Assembly: GCF_036321535.1 (NCBI RefSeq)
Contig: NC_087436.1
Span: 115,818,001-115,882,000 of the forward strand
DNA: 64,000 nucleotides
Direction: 5' to 3'
Source: Camelus dromedarius
Taxonomy: Eukaryota
Position numbers and translations under genes: made by a program. Of this stretch, positions 14,826 through 28,517 are shown piece by piece. The notes below the pieces were generated by a model that was not told where the DNA came from, did not search any database, and worked only from the letters and a program-made list of their open reading frames with translations. The first letter of the stretch is position 1. Every line of letters begins with the position of its first letter.

Positions 14826-15881
14826 ATATATACTGACTTCAGAGTATATTACAAAGCTACAGGAATCAAAATGTTATGGTATTGGTACAAAAACAGACAC
14901 ATAGATCAGTGGAACAGAATAGAGAGCCCAGAAATAAACCACACACTTATGGTCAATTCATCTACAATAAAGGAGGCAAAAGCATATGATGGGGAAAACA
15001 TAGTCTCTTTAGTAAGCAGTGCTGGGAAAACTGGACAGCTACATGTAAAAACTGAAATTAGAACTTTTTCTCACATCATATATAAAATTAAATCCAAAGT
15101 GGATTAAAGTCCTAAATGTAAGACCAAGAACCATAAAACTTAGAAAAAAATAAAAACAGGCTGAACACTTTTTGACATAAATCATAATAATTTTTTTTGG
15201 ATATGTCTCTTAAGGCAAAGGAAACAGATAATAATAAATAAATGGGACCTAGTTAGACTTAAAAACTTTTGCACAGAAAAACAAAAATTGACAAAATGAA
15301 AAGACAACCTACAGAATGAGAGAAAATATTTGCAAATAATATGACTGAGGTTAACATTGAACTATATTTTAATATTTATGTATATTTAGAATATAAACAG
15401 CTCATAAAATTCAATATCAAAAAGCAAACAACTTGATTAAAATTTAGGTAGAAGACCTGAATAGACATGTTTCAAAGGAGACATACAAATGACCAAAAGG
15501 CACAGGAAAAGATCCACATCATTAATCATCAGAAAAACACAAATCAAAACAACAATGCCATATCTCCTCTCACCTGTCAGAATGACTATCATCAAAAAGA
15601 CCACAAATAACACATGCTGGTGAAGGTATGAAGAAAAAGGAACTCTGCAGGTGTGAATGCAAATTAATGCAGCCACTCTAAAGAACAGTATGGAGGTTCT
15701 TCAAAAAACAAAAAAATAGCACTACCATATGATTCAACAATTTCACTTCTGGGTCAGGACAAAACAAAATCTTTACTTGGAAAAGATACATGCACCAATG
15801 TTCATAGCAGCATTATTTACAATAGCCAAGACGTGGAAGCAACCCAAGTGTCCAATCAACAGATGAATGGATAAAGAAGAG

Positions 15882-15933
<52 letters not shown>

Positions 15934-16358
15934 ACATCATATATGTATAGCATAAAATGGAACAAAATTTTGCCATTTGCAAGAACTTAGATGAGCATGG
16001 AGGGTGTTACGCTTAGTAAAATAAGTCAGGCAGAGAAAGAAAAATACTGTGTGTTATCACTTATATGTGGAATCTAAAAGGTAGAATGAAGGAATGAATA
16101 TAACAAAACAGAAACCGACTCATAGCTACAGACAACAAACTAGTGAGTATCAACACAGAGAGGAAAGGGAGGAGGGGCAAGTTGGGGGTAGGGGATTAAA
16201 TGGCACAAAGTGCTATGAATAAAATAATAAGCTCAGCACAGGGAATACAGACAATACTACATAACTTTAAATGGAATATAAGCTATACAAATTTTGAAGC
16301 ATTATATTATATACCTGAAACTAATATAACTAGCAAATCAACCATACCTCGATAAGAA
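14826..16358 (+). mobile_element. 5'-truncated L1 (ORF2 C-terminus plus 3' UTR)
   Basis: ORF 14871 encodes [20 protein letters not shown] (L1 ORF2); typical 3' UTR; frameshifts and stops present. Confidence 0.95.
15885..15930. repeat. (AT)23 microsatellite
   Basis: Perfect dinucleotide run. Confidence 0.97.
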
Positions 16359-16659
16359 TGATGATTATTAAAACCAAATGTATCCCAAGTGCACACAAAT
16401 AAAACCAAGGACTTTAAAGAAATCATTGTTTGCACAGATGTGCATAAATTGATGATAAAAATAATTTGCTCTTGTGTCAGCTTCCTTTATGGTTTAATCT
16501 CTACAATCATTCAGAATGAATGTGGCAACTATTTCCTCTTCAAAATATGTGTATAATTTACAAAATAGACATTACTAATGTCCTTTCTTACCAGGGAGAA
16601 CTGCAGAAGACTGGGCAGGAACACGTCTGTCCACCCTTCCCTCGGTTTCCCCATCTCCG

Positions 16660-17251
16660 GCCCCCCCACTGAGAGACTTAATAAACAACTCCAGTATGGC
16701 TTCTAATAGCATCAGCTGTGACTCTACAAGGACTGCCATCTCCTAAAAAGCTTCCCTGAGGAAGCTCAACTCTGCCAAAAGAGTTCACTGTGTTCCAGCC
16801 AAGACCTAAACACAGGCCCCCAGTATCCGTTTCCTGAGAGCCTTTACTGTAGAGAATTTGTCATCTTAAATCCTTTCTCTGTTCCTGCAAGATGTATCTT
16901 CCACAACCGAGGAATGGCTTTCTCAAGGACCCAGGAACCATGTCTTTGAAATATAATCATCCAGAAAGATGGCGTCCCTGTTTCCCTTCACGTGGGAGGG
17001 TAGGATCCTAACTTCATGCAGCACCAGTTAGCAAACACAGATGGTCTAATCACACTGGCCATCCCCTGCCTCAGTGTCCTTCAGTATTTCCCCTGTAGCA
17101 CAGCCCAGCATTGGGGAAGCATCCTGCTTTTTGTTTCATTGGGATTGAGCTCAGTTTACACTGAAATCTCTCCCCTACTACAGTCGTCTGAATGAAATTG
17201 CTCTTGGTATTTTTAATCTGAGACTGGTGCAAATTTTTTCTTTCTTCTACA
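16660..17251 (+). mobile_element. ERV1 LTR, MER31/MER34-like
   Basis: gggtaggatcctaacttcatgcagcaccagttagcaaacacagatggtctaatcacac and ttctcaaggacccaggaaccatgtctttgaaat resemble MER31-group consensus; ends in ca; left boundary uncertain. Confidence 0.65.
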
Positions 17252-20200
17252 TTAGTGTTACATTTCGTTTACATTACATTATACATAAATTATTTAGTGT
17301 GTTATGTAATACTGCTTCTCGTTAAGTAAAAGCAAAACTGGGAAATTTACTTTCTCTTCCTCTTTGGCTTTGTCTTCATGATTAAAATTTGGTTTTGCAA
17401 ATCATTGTGTCTGCTTGCTCTCACTTGATAGCAGTTATAACATCAGCAATTCTCACCATGCAAAAATGTCCTGCCTCCTGCGGAGAGGAGTTCCCATGAT
17501 TTAGAAGATCAAACGAAACGATTTCCACAACAGTCATTGGCAGTCAGGCTCACTGGAGTCCTCATTTTCTCTTGATGTTTGAGGTCAAATTCCATTAAAA
17601 GGATACAAGGTGATGTATTAGAATTCAGAACTGAGTTGGGATCAAGCGGTTACTTTTAGTTAACACACACAATCATTGATTTTTTTGTCTGGTTGGTTGG
17701 TTTCATGTTGTTAGATTTTTTTTTTCTCTGAAACCTCCAGCTATCAAGGCATGGAAACTAGGTGGCTGAGTCCTGACAAGCAGATGTATCTTAGAGCATG
17801 AGGCAAGCAAGTATTTCAGAGTGTCTCTACTCGCCATGTGGTCCCTGAGTCATTTAGTAGACATCACCAGCTCTACCACGCCGAGGACTCTACTGGACAT
17901 TCATGATACAGATGAAAGACATAAACCGTGCCCTGGAGGAATGAGTGGGCTGATGAGAAGCAAGTTACATTAGAGGATGATAAGGACTTTGAAAGAGGCG
18001 AAGCACAGAAGATGGACAAGCATGTTCTTGAGGTCTCTGACCTTCTTGACAATTACTGAATAACATCAAATCAGCAAAAATCTGCCCTTAGACATCCTTT
18101 CATGGGAAAAGGCAACACTCTCTGACCTTTAACTCAGAAAGGAAAAGAAAGATTTACTTCAGTTTTGCTAACTGGTAAGGTAGAACAGATCCATTATACG
18201 TATATTATAAATATGCATACATTTATACTAATGTAACAGCTTATTTGTTCATTCTGACTTTGGTCCCATATAAAAGGAGGTCAGGGCACTCTTCCATTTG
18301 CCCTCCATTAAAATCTTTCAAAGCGACCTGCTGAGAGGCGGGCTGTGGAATGCAGAGCTGCAGGTGTTTAGAATTTATAAATGCAGTGAAATAGATTTCA
18401 AGATTTTGTTGCAGCAAACTACAGATATAGAAACCTAGAATTGTAGAGAATAGAAGTGTGACACTCAGAGGGCCCTCTCAAATTATCTGAGGCAATTTTA
18501 AAAAGTGATTTTAAAGAAGTCAAATCTACTCTTATAATAGCATTCATAATGGGCCCAAGAACTTGAGAAACAAAATAGACATAGATCAGTATCGGGGTGC
18601 GTGGCAGGTGTGGGAGGGTTCTTCTCCACATTTGCTATCTTCTTTCAAGTAAAAGGGTTCTATTAGCATAAAACTTCTGTCCCCTCTTTGACTCCTCTCC
18701 TTCCTTCCTCAGGAGATGGATTGCTTCTCTGCTTGGAGCACGTAGAAGCGAGGACAGACATACGTAGAGATGCCCCTCCTCTTCTTCTCTGGAGCTGGAC
18801 TGCCTGTGTAGGGCATCAGTTCTGACAGCCCTTGGCTGTGCGGTGAGTTTGTCAGAGAGCCCGGTCATCCTGGACATGGACTTCACCACTTCATTGTTGC
18901 CTGGATGGGAAGGGGAGATCTACATCCACAGGTAAGCAAGAGGGCGCCCGCTTCACCAGTGCTCCCTCTGCCAGTAATGACAGCAGCAGTTTAGTCTCTT
19001 AACAAAGGTGTGCTGATCAGTGCTCAGCAACTAACTGTCCAAGGGAAAGAGAGAAGCAGAAACCCAGATCTGCAGCATCTGCAAAGTTCTATGCTGTGAA
19101 TAACCACACCTGGGCTTGTTTCAACAAGCCGAGTGCGGAGTTGGGAAGGGAGGCATACAGTCTGCTCTTTAAACTGACACAAAATGCTCCGAACTCTCTC
19201 CTTTTAACTTTATTATCTTACCTTATTTGTCAACAGGCCGCAGACCCTGGTTGCACAAGAGGGATCTATTTATCAGCCACTCTCAAGCACCAATGTTAGG
19301 TTTCCTGGTTTCCAGTTGAATGTGTTTCATACTACATCACCATGTCACCTGGCAACTAGAGTTCCACCGCTTATGACATAACCAAAGACATAAACAACTT
19401 ATGTATATAATATGCATGTATAGGGATATCATGCATATGCATTTGTAGGAATACAGGGCATGTTTGTATGTATGTATATCTGCAGTGGGTGTGTTATGTT
19501 CGTGGTTATAGAGGTACAGACATCTGTCGAAGCTCATGGAAAATTTAAAACGAGTGAATTTGATTTTATGTAAATTTTACCTCCATAAACTTAATTTGTA
19601 AAAAGTCAGTTCATTCATTTGTAAGAAACATCATTAAAATAGTAGTAGTTTATATCAGACACAGAAAACTAATGCGGCAAAAGGAGTTGATGGTTTTACT
19701 TCTTCCGAGTCTTCACCCTTGTTAATTCCATGTTTTTGCTATGTGAGCCACTGTTCCTTCACTGATATTGAAGACCTATTTAAATTTAAAACAAAGAAAG
19801 CAAACAAACAAATAAACAAAGCACATTGCTAATAAGATTGCTTTTGAAACAGAAACCAAACAGCCGGATTTTGTCCTATGTAGGCAGCGGTCTTCTTTGA
19901 GCTGTAACATTCTCCCCTGACTCCTGAACTGGTATGTTTTCCTGGGACAGAATTATACACAGCTTGTCCTTGGCAGCAAGTATCAAACAGATGAAAGTTG
20001 CATTAGGCTTATAATTAGGATATCACTTTGACATCGAACGCTCTTAGTGGACTGGATCTCAATTAACTTCTTGAACTTCTGGCTCCTTAATTGATCATCT
20101 CACTTTTCTGTTTTAAGTAGAAGTTTTAAAATATTTTTTCCTCTGAACTTTGGCTTCTGTTTATCTTTTTCCCTTGGGCTATAGCACCAAATTAATAGAT

Positions 20201-21470
20201 ATCTGGTATAATACAACTTCATTGCTTGAATGATCGAAATTCTATCCATTTGGCTTCTAGATACACACACAGACACAGGCAGAGACATATTTCAGGTTTT
20301 TAGACCAACACATGGTATAAGATACTTTTATATAATCTAAATTATCTATCTATCTATATATCACTGAATATCATCATCAAATATTAGATTATATTTTAAT
20401 GACAGAAACAAACACCTAATAGGAACATTTCTTTATATACAGGCACATATGATTTAAGAAAGTAATGTAAGTGATGTTTTCAGCATCTACGTGGAAGTGA
20501 ATTCAGCTCCTCTCTTAACTGTCCTGAAAGGGGCTCTGCATTCCTACCAATAGGGGTGTCATCGCTGAAAACATTGCTGAAACTGTTCTTTTGAAAATTG
20601 CTTTGGTGCTAACTCTTTCCTTTACTAACCAGTGTCAACTCTTGGCAAAATTTTGGCTGTTTGAGAGTTGACTTATCATCTCAAAACTGCCAAAAGCTTT
20701 TGGAACCAAGACTAGTGAAGACGGCTGGTGGAGAAGCTGGGGACACTTCTTAGAATCAATAACTCAGTGTGGCTATAATTTAATGAGGTTTTATTTCCCT
20801 CTGTGGCTTCTAACAGGTATCTGGAGCCAGGCTCAAATGCAGAGTTCACAACATGCTTTCAGCGAATGCATATGAAATCTCTCCTTAATTGCTTACGTGA
20901 GCTACACAAAATAATATATAAATATTGGCAGCACATTCACTCTTTCTGTTTTTATTCCTGCCCTAGAAAGTCCCTATTTAACCGCAATGGGATGTGGTAA
21001 TTCCCCATCTTGGAAAAATGTGGTCTAAACGTCTTATAACGCTTCCATGGAATTGCTGGTTTGAGACTTTATTTAACTTACCTGGGAAGTGGGCACATAA
21101 CTCCTGTGTCATGAGGCTTTTGTAAAGATTAAATAACGAAGCCTGTAAAGTGTCTATTACAGTGTCTGGGTAAAGTATGTGTACAACAAATGTTAATTAT
21201 CTTTTTTCTCACTCTTCCTGGCAAAATATTTGGGGGTATTCTAACTTGTTAAATTATGTTGTTAATCCAGCCAATCATAAATGCTATAAAATCCAAAAGA
21301 AAAAAAGTAAAAACTTTGCAGTCAATTGCAACCCATCTTAGAGCAGAAATGCCAAGAGTTTTAGGGATATGTGCGAACCACACAAGTCACTCTTTTCTTT
21401 CCAACACAGGAAACTCTTTGGTCTTGTGTGATGAATTGAAGCAAAACATCTCAACTTGAAGCAAAACGTT

Positions 21471-21812
21471 ATTTTTTATTGCAGTATAATTGACACACAA
21501 TATTATATTAGTTTTAGGTGTACAGCATCGTGATTTGACATTTGTATGCATTTCCAAATCATCACAGTAAGTCTAGCTTCTACCTGTCACCATACAAGGT
21601 TAATACAGTGTTATTAACTATATTTTCCGTGCTCATGGCTTATTAATTTTATAACTGGAGGTTTGCACTTCTTGACCTCCTTTACCCATTCCCTCTCCCC
21701 AGCTTCACTTCTCTCTGGAAACCACCAGCCTGCTCTCTGTAGCTGAGTCTAGCTTTTATCTTGTTTTGCTTGTTTTGTTTTGTTTTTTGGATTCCACATA
21801 TAAGTCAGAGAG
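21471..21812 (-). mobile_element. L1 3' UTR fragment (L1MA9-like)
   Basis: ttttttattgcagtataattgac...ggtgtacagcat...ggattccacatataagt is an antisense L1 3' end. Confidence 0.8.
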
Positions 21813-24453
21813 AAAGACAAATGCCTCCTGATTTCACTTGATGAAGCAAACCATTTTTGTCGCATTTTTATCATGAAGCAGTTTCTGTAGGTAATGATAA
21901 AACACAAAAGAGGATGGGGAATTCTAGACATACATTCAACACAGACGGATTGATTGGTTGAAAGCAGATTGTATCTGTTTTCTTTTTTCTTTCTTTCTTT
22001 TTTTTTTTTTTTAATTTTAGGAAAAACAAAGGAGACTGGTAACCGAAATATATGCAAGGCTTTTCAAACCATATGTATTTTTGGCTCCCAGAGAAAATGC
22101 TGAAATGCTGATGACTCCTAGTTGGAACTGAGTGTGTATCTGAGCCAAGGTTGTAGCCCCGAGGCGCCCCCCGCATCCCCACCGTCCACTTAGAGGCCAC
22201 ATAGGTTCACTCCAGGCTGAGAAGTGGCTGCACACTGTGAACACAAAAGCGGACTGACAGCGTTTGCATGAACCTGCCAGTCTAAACTGCATTTTCTCAC
22301 ACAAGGTCCATAACAGCCATGGAAAAATTCTCCAACCAGATTGTTTGACAGAAAGCAGATGACACCTCTCCTCTGGGATGCAGCTTTCTTGAATGAATCA
22401 TTTAATTGTAGAGTGTTTCTTTTTTATTTTTTTTTCCCTTTCTTTCTTTTTTCTTTTTTTTAAGTGGGAGGTGTGTTTCTGAGATATCTTTTGAAGAAAG
22501 CGGACCAGAGCCTGTGATTAACTAGAAAGCATTCAGAGAATTCCTTGGCAAATGCAATGATTTTACACTACGATCTGCATTTCCAGGGAAGGACTTAGAA
22601 TGACATCATCCGTCCTCTGCAGAGAGACCCCCACTGTTTATTTTTAATTTTGTATACTTAGTCTTAGGTGTGAGAAGAGAACGTACCGTGTCTAGCTGCC
22701 ACATCTGCTCTACATCTTTGGGGGGAAGTCCACCATATCTTAGATGACATTACACATTATAGTTCCTGGAATTATTTCTGAGATAGTTGAAAAGTTTGCT
22801 TGGGAGTAAATGTGGGAGGGAGAGATGATTTAAGAGCTAACAGCACAATTCTTTAGAGATAATATAGCGGTGTTTTAGTAAAACCCGTTGATGAACATTT
22901 GGTGTGGAAAGAATCTTCAGGCTAAGACCCAGGTGGTCTAGGCTTAAGGTAAGGAGAATGTAATTGTTTCGCATAAAAGCATAAGTTTTCTATAGGCAGT
23001 CCAGGAAGGAAAAGGTAAGAATTCTCAGAAATAAAGAGATGCAAGGGTTTGTGATAGAAAGAAATGACCAAGTTCCAGATAAGAGGCAGGGACTCTGGAA
23101 GATAACGCATCCGAAAGATAGATCTTTGGGCTGGCTGTCTTGAAGCTACTTAGTACTTAATTATTATAATTTTTTTTTGTTTTTGATCTGCTCTTTGCTA
23201 TTTCCTTGTTGGCATTAACTTCCCAAATTCAGTTAAACTCTACTTGGAGCAAAGACCACATCAGAGCAGTGCCTTAAGAAGTGAAAGGACAAGTGGTTTT
23301 TGTTTATTTGTTGGTTTGCTTTGTTCTTATTAGTATTTGGTACAAAAAGGGAACAACTAGAAGAAACCAGATGGGAGAATTGAGTAGAAGCAGAATATTA
23401 GGTTAATAAGGGATTATGAGAAATGCAAGCTCTTGGAAGAAGCTGTTGAAATATTGGAAAGAGGGTGAATAACATAGGTTGTCCATGATTTGTATGTGAA
23501 GATTGAATGCATTTTCATTTGCATGCCGTCATTCAGTGTAAGCCCAAAGTCGTGAAGGTTAGGGATCGCTTGGAGAGCAATCTCAGTATCTCCACTCTGG
23601 ATTTACTGAGATGATTTGTTCAATTAGCTGGACCTGTTTCTTTGGATGTAGGCATGGATCCTCAGCGGTTACACTTAAAATCCAAACTCCTAAGGACTGT
23701 ATATGACACTTGTGGGGCCAACCTACTTTTTACCCACATTGCATGCTTTTCCCTATAAGACTTTTTAGTAGGCCTATTTGCAAAAGAAAAATTGCCCCAA
23801 GCGTGACCTGCAAGAGAAGCAAATTACAAGAGTGAGCCTGACGCCGTTTCTCTAGAAGAGAAAAAGCGCCGCCCTGGTGAGGAAAAATAATCTTCTCCAG
23901 TAGTGTGGTTCACAGATCTCTCCTTCTGGGGGGTAAATTAGTATTCCTGGCAAAATGCTAAGTGCTTTTCTGCTGAATTCAAACAAGATTGAGTCTTACT
24001 GTGGGAACTTCACCCGCTCCTTTGACTGTCAGCTAATTGGCAGTCAAGAACCCAGTGACCTTTAAGGAGATTTTCTTTTTCTTTCTGTATCTAACGTGAT
24101 TATCTGTATTTAACAGATAATCCTGCAAAATACTCACCAGGAGCAAATCCTAGAATTGGCCCATTAGGCATTTTATAAAAATCTTTCACGTAGAATTAAA
24201 AAAATCAAACTTTGACCTATACTTAGAGTTAAATTGTTGGAAAAGTTCTCTCCAATACACATGGTAGAGTATTTTGGTCTCTTCAAAGCAACCAAATATA
24301 AACCTTGGACCTAGATGGTATGGGCTGCTGGAATTACATGAAATGAAAACAAACAAGCAAACAAATCAAAAGAAAACATACATATAAAGGAAGATAATAC
24401 TTGTGGTTTGGGTAAATATAACTCAGAATCCCCTGTTAGAGCATATTACAGAT

Positions 24454-24752
24454 CTGTACTGTCTGATAGGTTAGCTGCCGGGAACAGTGGCCATTGACAG
24501 CTTGAAATATTACTTGCTCAGTTGAAATGTGCTGTAAATATAAAATACACATTTGATTTTGACAACTGTATTTAAAAAAAGCAAAATGCAAAGTATCTAA
24601 TAATGTTTATATTGATTAAATGTTGAAATACTGTTTTGACTATATTGGATAAAATTAGATATATTAGTAAAAATTAATTTTTATGTGACTTTAACAAAAT
24701 TTAACAATACACATGTAGACCGCATTTACAGCACACATTATATTTATATTGG
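24454..24752. mobile_element. hAT-Charlie DNA transposon relic (MER33/MER3-like)
   Basis: ttgaaatgtgctgtaaatataaaatacac, tatattgattaaatgttgaaata, cacattatatttatattgg. Confidence 0.7.
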
Positions 24753-25058
24753 TGGGTGCAATGATAGATAATAGGGAATTTTTATTTGGGAGTTTTTATT
24801 TTGCATGTTTTGTTTATTTGGTTTTTCTGTATGATTTTTAAGAGGGCTAGCTGTAAAAATTATGGAAATTATTTTATACACCTTCTCAAGTCCACCTTGA
24901 CAGTGAAACGAGTTCACGTATTTGGTCACACATACGTTTCTCACTTCTGGATTCATTCAGATCCTAATTTTTTTATCCTTGTGTATTGAAAAAAATCAGT
25001 TCAATGTTGGATATTTACTGGTCACCTGATACATTTTTAATAAAGGAATAAATGCTTT

Positions 25059-25110
25059 TGTGTGTGTGTGTGTGTGTGTGTGCGCACGTATGCGTGTGCG
25101 TGTGTGTGTG
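25059..25110. repeat. (TG)n compound microsatellite, pure purine-pyrimidine alternation
   Basis: 52 bp of TG/CG/CA/TA steps. Confidence 0.95.
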
Positions 25111-26383
25111 GAATGTAGCGTTTGTGGGAGAAATGTGCTGAAAAAAATACCCTGACCCTGAAATTGGTTAAAGACATGACCTTACCAGCTGGGGAGCTGG
25201 AAAGGTAATTTCTCACAGCCATGGGCACCAATGAAGTGCCAAACTCAGTAGGGTTCAGAGGTCTGAGAGGATGAAATTTCTTACACTTTATCACCACTTG
25301 TGAGTGGATATTTACCAAGCTGATCACAGAGTTTACATCATCAGAATTAATGGGGAATTAAAACACTAGACTGAATCGGGGGAAAGTGTCAGTTGTCTGT
25401 AGTGGGCTATTGATCTCTCATGAGTTCATTAAACACCTGAAGCAAACACTGCCCTGTGCTGCGAGGGTGGCTGATGGGGGCGCGAGAGATTTACAGATGG
25501 AGCAGGGGTTTCACTCATCAGGCCCTTTGCCTCTCCTTGTCCACCTCCGCTCTCATCTCAGACCTCTTTTCTGTTGTTTTTTTCCCCAGTCTCTTCCATT
25601 TTCTTGGGAGGGGCCTTAGTGATGAATGAAGTCAGATAAATTTAAGAATGCCCAACACAGGGGTTTAGAAATCATGGAACTTGATGGCCCCCTCTTCCTA
25701 GAGCTGCCTTTGACCAGACTGAATCCTGGATCAGGAATTAACCATGCTCTCTACAAAGCGGATGTTTATTATTTTTCTAGGTCACCCACCTACACCCTGC
25801 AATTCCCCATTTTAAAATTCCTGGGTAAATTATACCTCATGTGGAATGTCATTCACAGGCACCCTGTTTCATAGCCAAGTATTAACTGTTCTGAATTACA
25901 TTATATAGGAGCTTCTTTAAAATATGTGGAAATAAGAGGAAAGAGAAATAAATAAAAGGAGAGGGAAAGTGTTACTTAAAAAAGAAGCTAAATGTTATCT
26001 TGAAAGTTGATGAAAAAAATCAAAATCACTTAATATTTTTCAAGTATAGAAGAACCAGCAGACATCAAATCTCCTAATTAAATAATAGTAGGTAACTAGT
26101 ACATGGGAGATCAACAGATAGACACAGATAAATTTATGTTCATATTTTAATTAATGTATTTAAATTAACTTTATTCCTTTCCCCTAGATCACTCACCGAT
26201 TCATCTATACTGTCAGTTGCTGCACAACTGAAGAAAGAAGACCGGTAGGAGGCAGGCCATGAGCTGAGCGATCGCAGTCCTTAGGGGACGACAAGTCAAC
26301 ACTGAATCACGACAGGTAAGCCGGGCCTGATGGAGGCGCGCTGCCCTCCAGGACCGAGCAGAAGGCTTGCCCGTGGCGGAGGG

Positions 26384-26760
26384 TGTTACAGGCTGAAGTG
26401 TGTCCCCTTCCCTCAACCCACATGCTGAAATCCTCACGCTCAGGGCCTCAGAATATGACTGTGCTTGGAGACAGGATCTTTTAAGAGGTCATTAAGGTAA
26501 AGCAAGGTCATTAGGGGGGCCTGAACCTAATGTCACTGGGGTCCTTGTAAGAAAAGGAAATTGGGACATAGACACAGAGGGAGGACCACGTGAGGGCACA
26601 GGAAGGAGAGCCATCTGCAAGCCAAGGACAGACGCCTCCGGAGAGACCAGCCCCACTGCCACGGTGGTGCTTCCCTTCCAGGACTGCAAGACCTGCACTC
26701 CTGCTGTTTGGGCCGCACAGTCTGTGTCGATTTGTTACAGAAGCCGAGCAAAGCAGCACA
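26384..26760 (+). mobile_element. MLT1B-like MaLR solo LTR with 5-bp TSD GAGGG
   Basis: Starts tgttacaggctgaagtgtgtcccc and ends cagcaca; GAGGG at 26379-26383 and 26761-26765; collinear with the MLT1B consensus. Confidence 0.9.
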
Positions 26761-27764
26761 GAGGGAGGTGTCCACGGGGGCGGCCTGGCCCGGGCAGGGT
26801 CTGGCAGCAGTGGAGGCACATGAGGCGAAATGCAAGTGTCCCAAGAGGAGAGGACAGTGCATGCAAGATCCGGGCAATGAGGGAGAGCAGGAGCACTAAA
26901 AAATCCTAAGTGTGTGTGAGTGGAGGACAGGCTGGCGGCAGGCGTGACGAGATGGCTCTGGGCTCCCAGCTGGGTTCCGATCTTAGAGGGCAGTGAGCGG
27001 TTGGTTAACAGAAACCACTGACTTTATAGCAAGAGAAGGGAAGGACCCCTGCACTGCTGAGGATGACACACTGGCAAAGTTGAGTTTCACCCTCTGCTTC
27101 ATCCTTGGACCTTGTGATCACTCTCCGCTTCACAGCATGCTGTTGATCTCACCTGTAATGGGAAAGCCACGTGGTAGAACCCAGGAAGAAAGCCACCTTC
27201 ACAAAAGGCTATTAATTTATTGGCAGAGATTCTGAGGGGTGCTCGAATGGATTGATCGCAACAGATGGAGACAAGTCGCTTGAGGAAGTGAACAGCTGCA
27301 TGGGTCTGTGTCTCTTTTTCATGATTTCAAATTTATAATAAAATTAATACAACTTAGCACTAGAGATTGATGGCATTTCAAAAGCAATGAGCGACCACAT
27401 GGGTGAAACATTTTATCATATGAGTGAACACAGTCATTTGTTAAAACAAGAAATATTCTTAAAACTACGAGATGGATGACTGGGTAAGTGAATAAAATTC
27501 AGTCATTGGCTAATATTATTTGATAATACAACTGAGATTGTCATGTTTTATAAACCAATATTTGATTATTTTAAGAAGCCCAAGTCATATCATACTGAAA
27601 GAAGAAGCATTGAATGAATAATAGATAAATGCAGGGATTATGGAACTCTTAATTCAAATCCTACTTCAATCACTTATTAGCTGTTTAATCTTGGGAAAGT
27701 AACACAGAGTCTCTGTGACTCAGTTTTATTACATTAAAGTTATTTCAAGAATGATGATAGCAAG

Positions 27765-28010
27765 CACTATGGGATGTGTCAGCTGCTATAATAAATGCTT
27801 TATATGTACATATTATCTTCTTTAATCTTCAGAACAACCCTTTAAATGTAAGCACTATTGTTAATCCCATTTTACTTATCAGAAAACTTGACAAACAGTG
27901 ATTAACCAGCCCAAAGTCACAGAGCTAGTGGTGACAAAGCTGCAAAGTGAACCCAGACGATCTCTTTTCAGGGTCTCTGCTTTCATTATAATCTACTAGC
28001 TTCATATGAT
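27765..28010 (-). mobile_element. MIR SINE
   Basis: tttaatcttcagaacaaccct...cccattttac...cccaaagtcacagagctagt. Confidence 0.75.
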
Positions 28011-28034
28011 TATTAGCACTATTATTGTTATTAT

Positions 28035-28517
28035 TGTCGACTGAAATAAATGTGCAGACCAAAAGTTGAAAATGACGTTTGTTTTATTTAGCAGGAGGAC
28101 TCGAGCTGGGATGACAGCCTCTCAGATGGCTCTGAGGGATGGCTCCAAAGAGGTAGCGGAGGAGCTAAGATATATAGGAGTTTTACAACAAAGACCAAGT
28201 AGTTGGAACAATAAAAGATGACTTGTTAACTAAAGAAAACCAGGCATCTCAAGTTAAAGAATTTAGCGCTTTTCTATGTATGGGAGGAAGCAAGCATTTG
28301 AGCTCACTGAATTCATTCCTTTGACAAGCACCCAGCTATCTAGGGCCAGTGTCCTGTCCTTTCTTATTCTGAGTCCCCTCAGAGGGCACCATGGTGAGTG
28401 GCTGCAGAGGCCGGGCTGCAGGCTTGTCTTCACTGGGGGGTGGTGGCAGCCGCTGAGGACTTGATGGTTTTGTCATTCTTTGTTTACTGATATGGTTTGC
28501 AATATTTTTCGTTCACA
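28035..28517 (-). mobile_element. ERV1-class solo LTR with 4-bp TSD TTAT
   Basis: tgtcgact...gttcaca termini; TTAT on both sides (low-complexity flank); AATAAA and a TATA-like cctatatatc on the minus strand. Confidence 0.85.

Noticed and set aside
23580..23616. Hairpin atctcagta...tactgagat
   Set aside because: Only about 37 nt with a 9+4 bp stem; expected by chance and too short for a miRNA precursor.
23864..23880. CTCF-like motif (tcaccagggcggcgct on minus)
   Set aside because: An extra base disrupts the core GGC spacing.
26213..26909. Cluster of overlapping ORFs on both strands
   Set aside because: Explained by high GC (few stop codons) over an MLT1B LTR; no recognisable protein.
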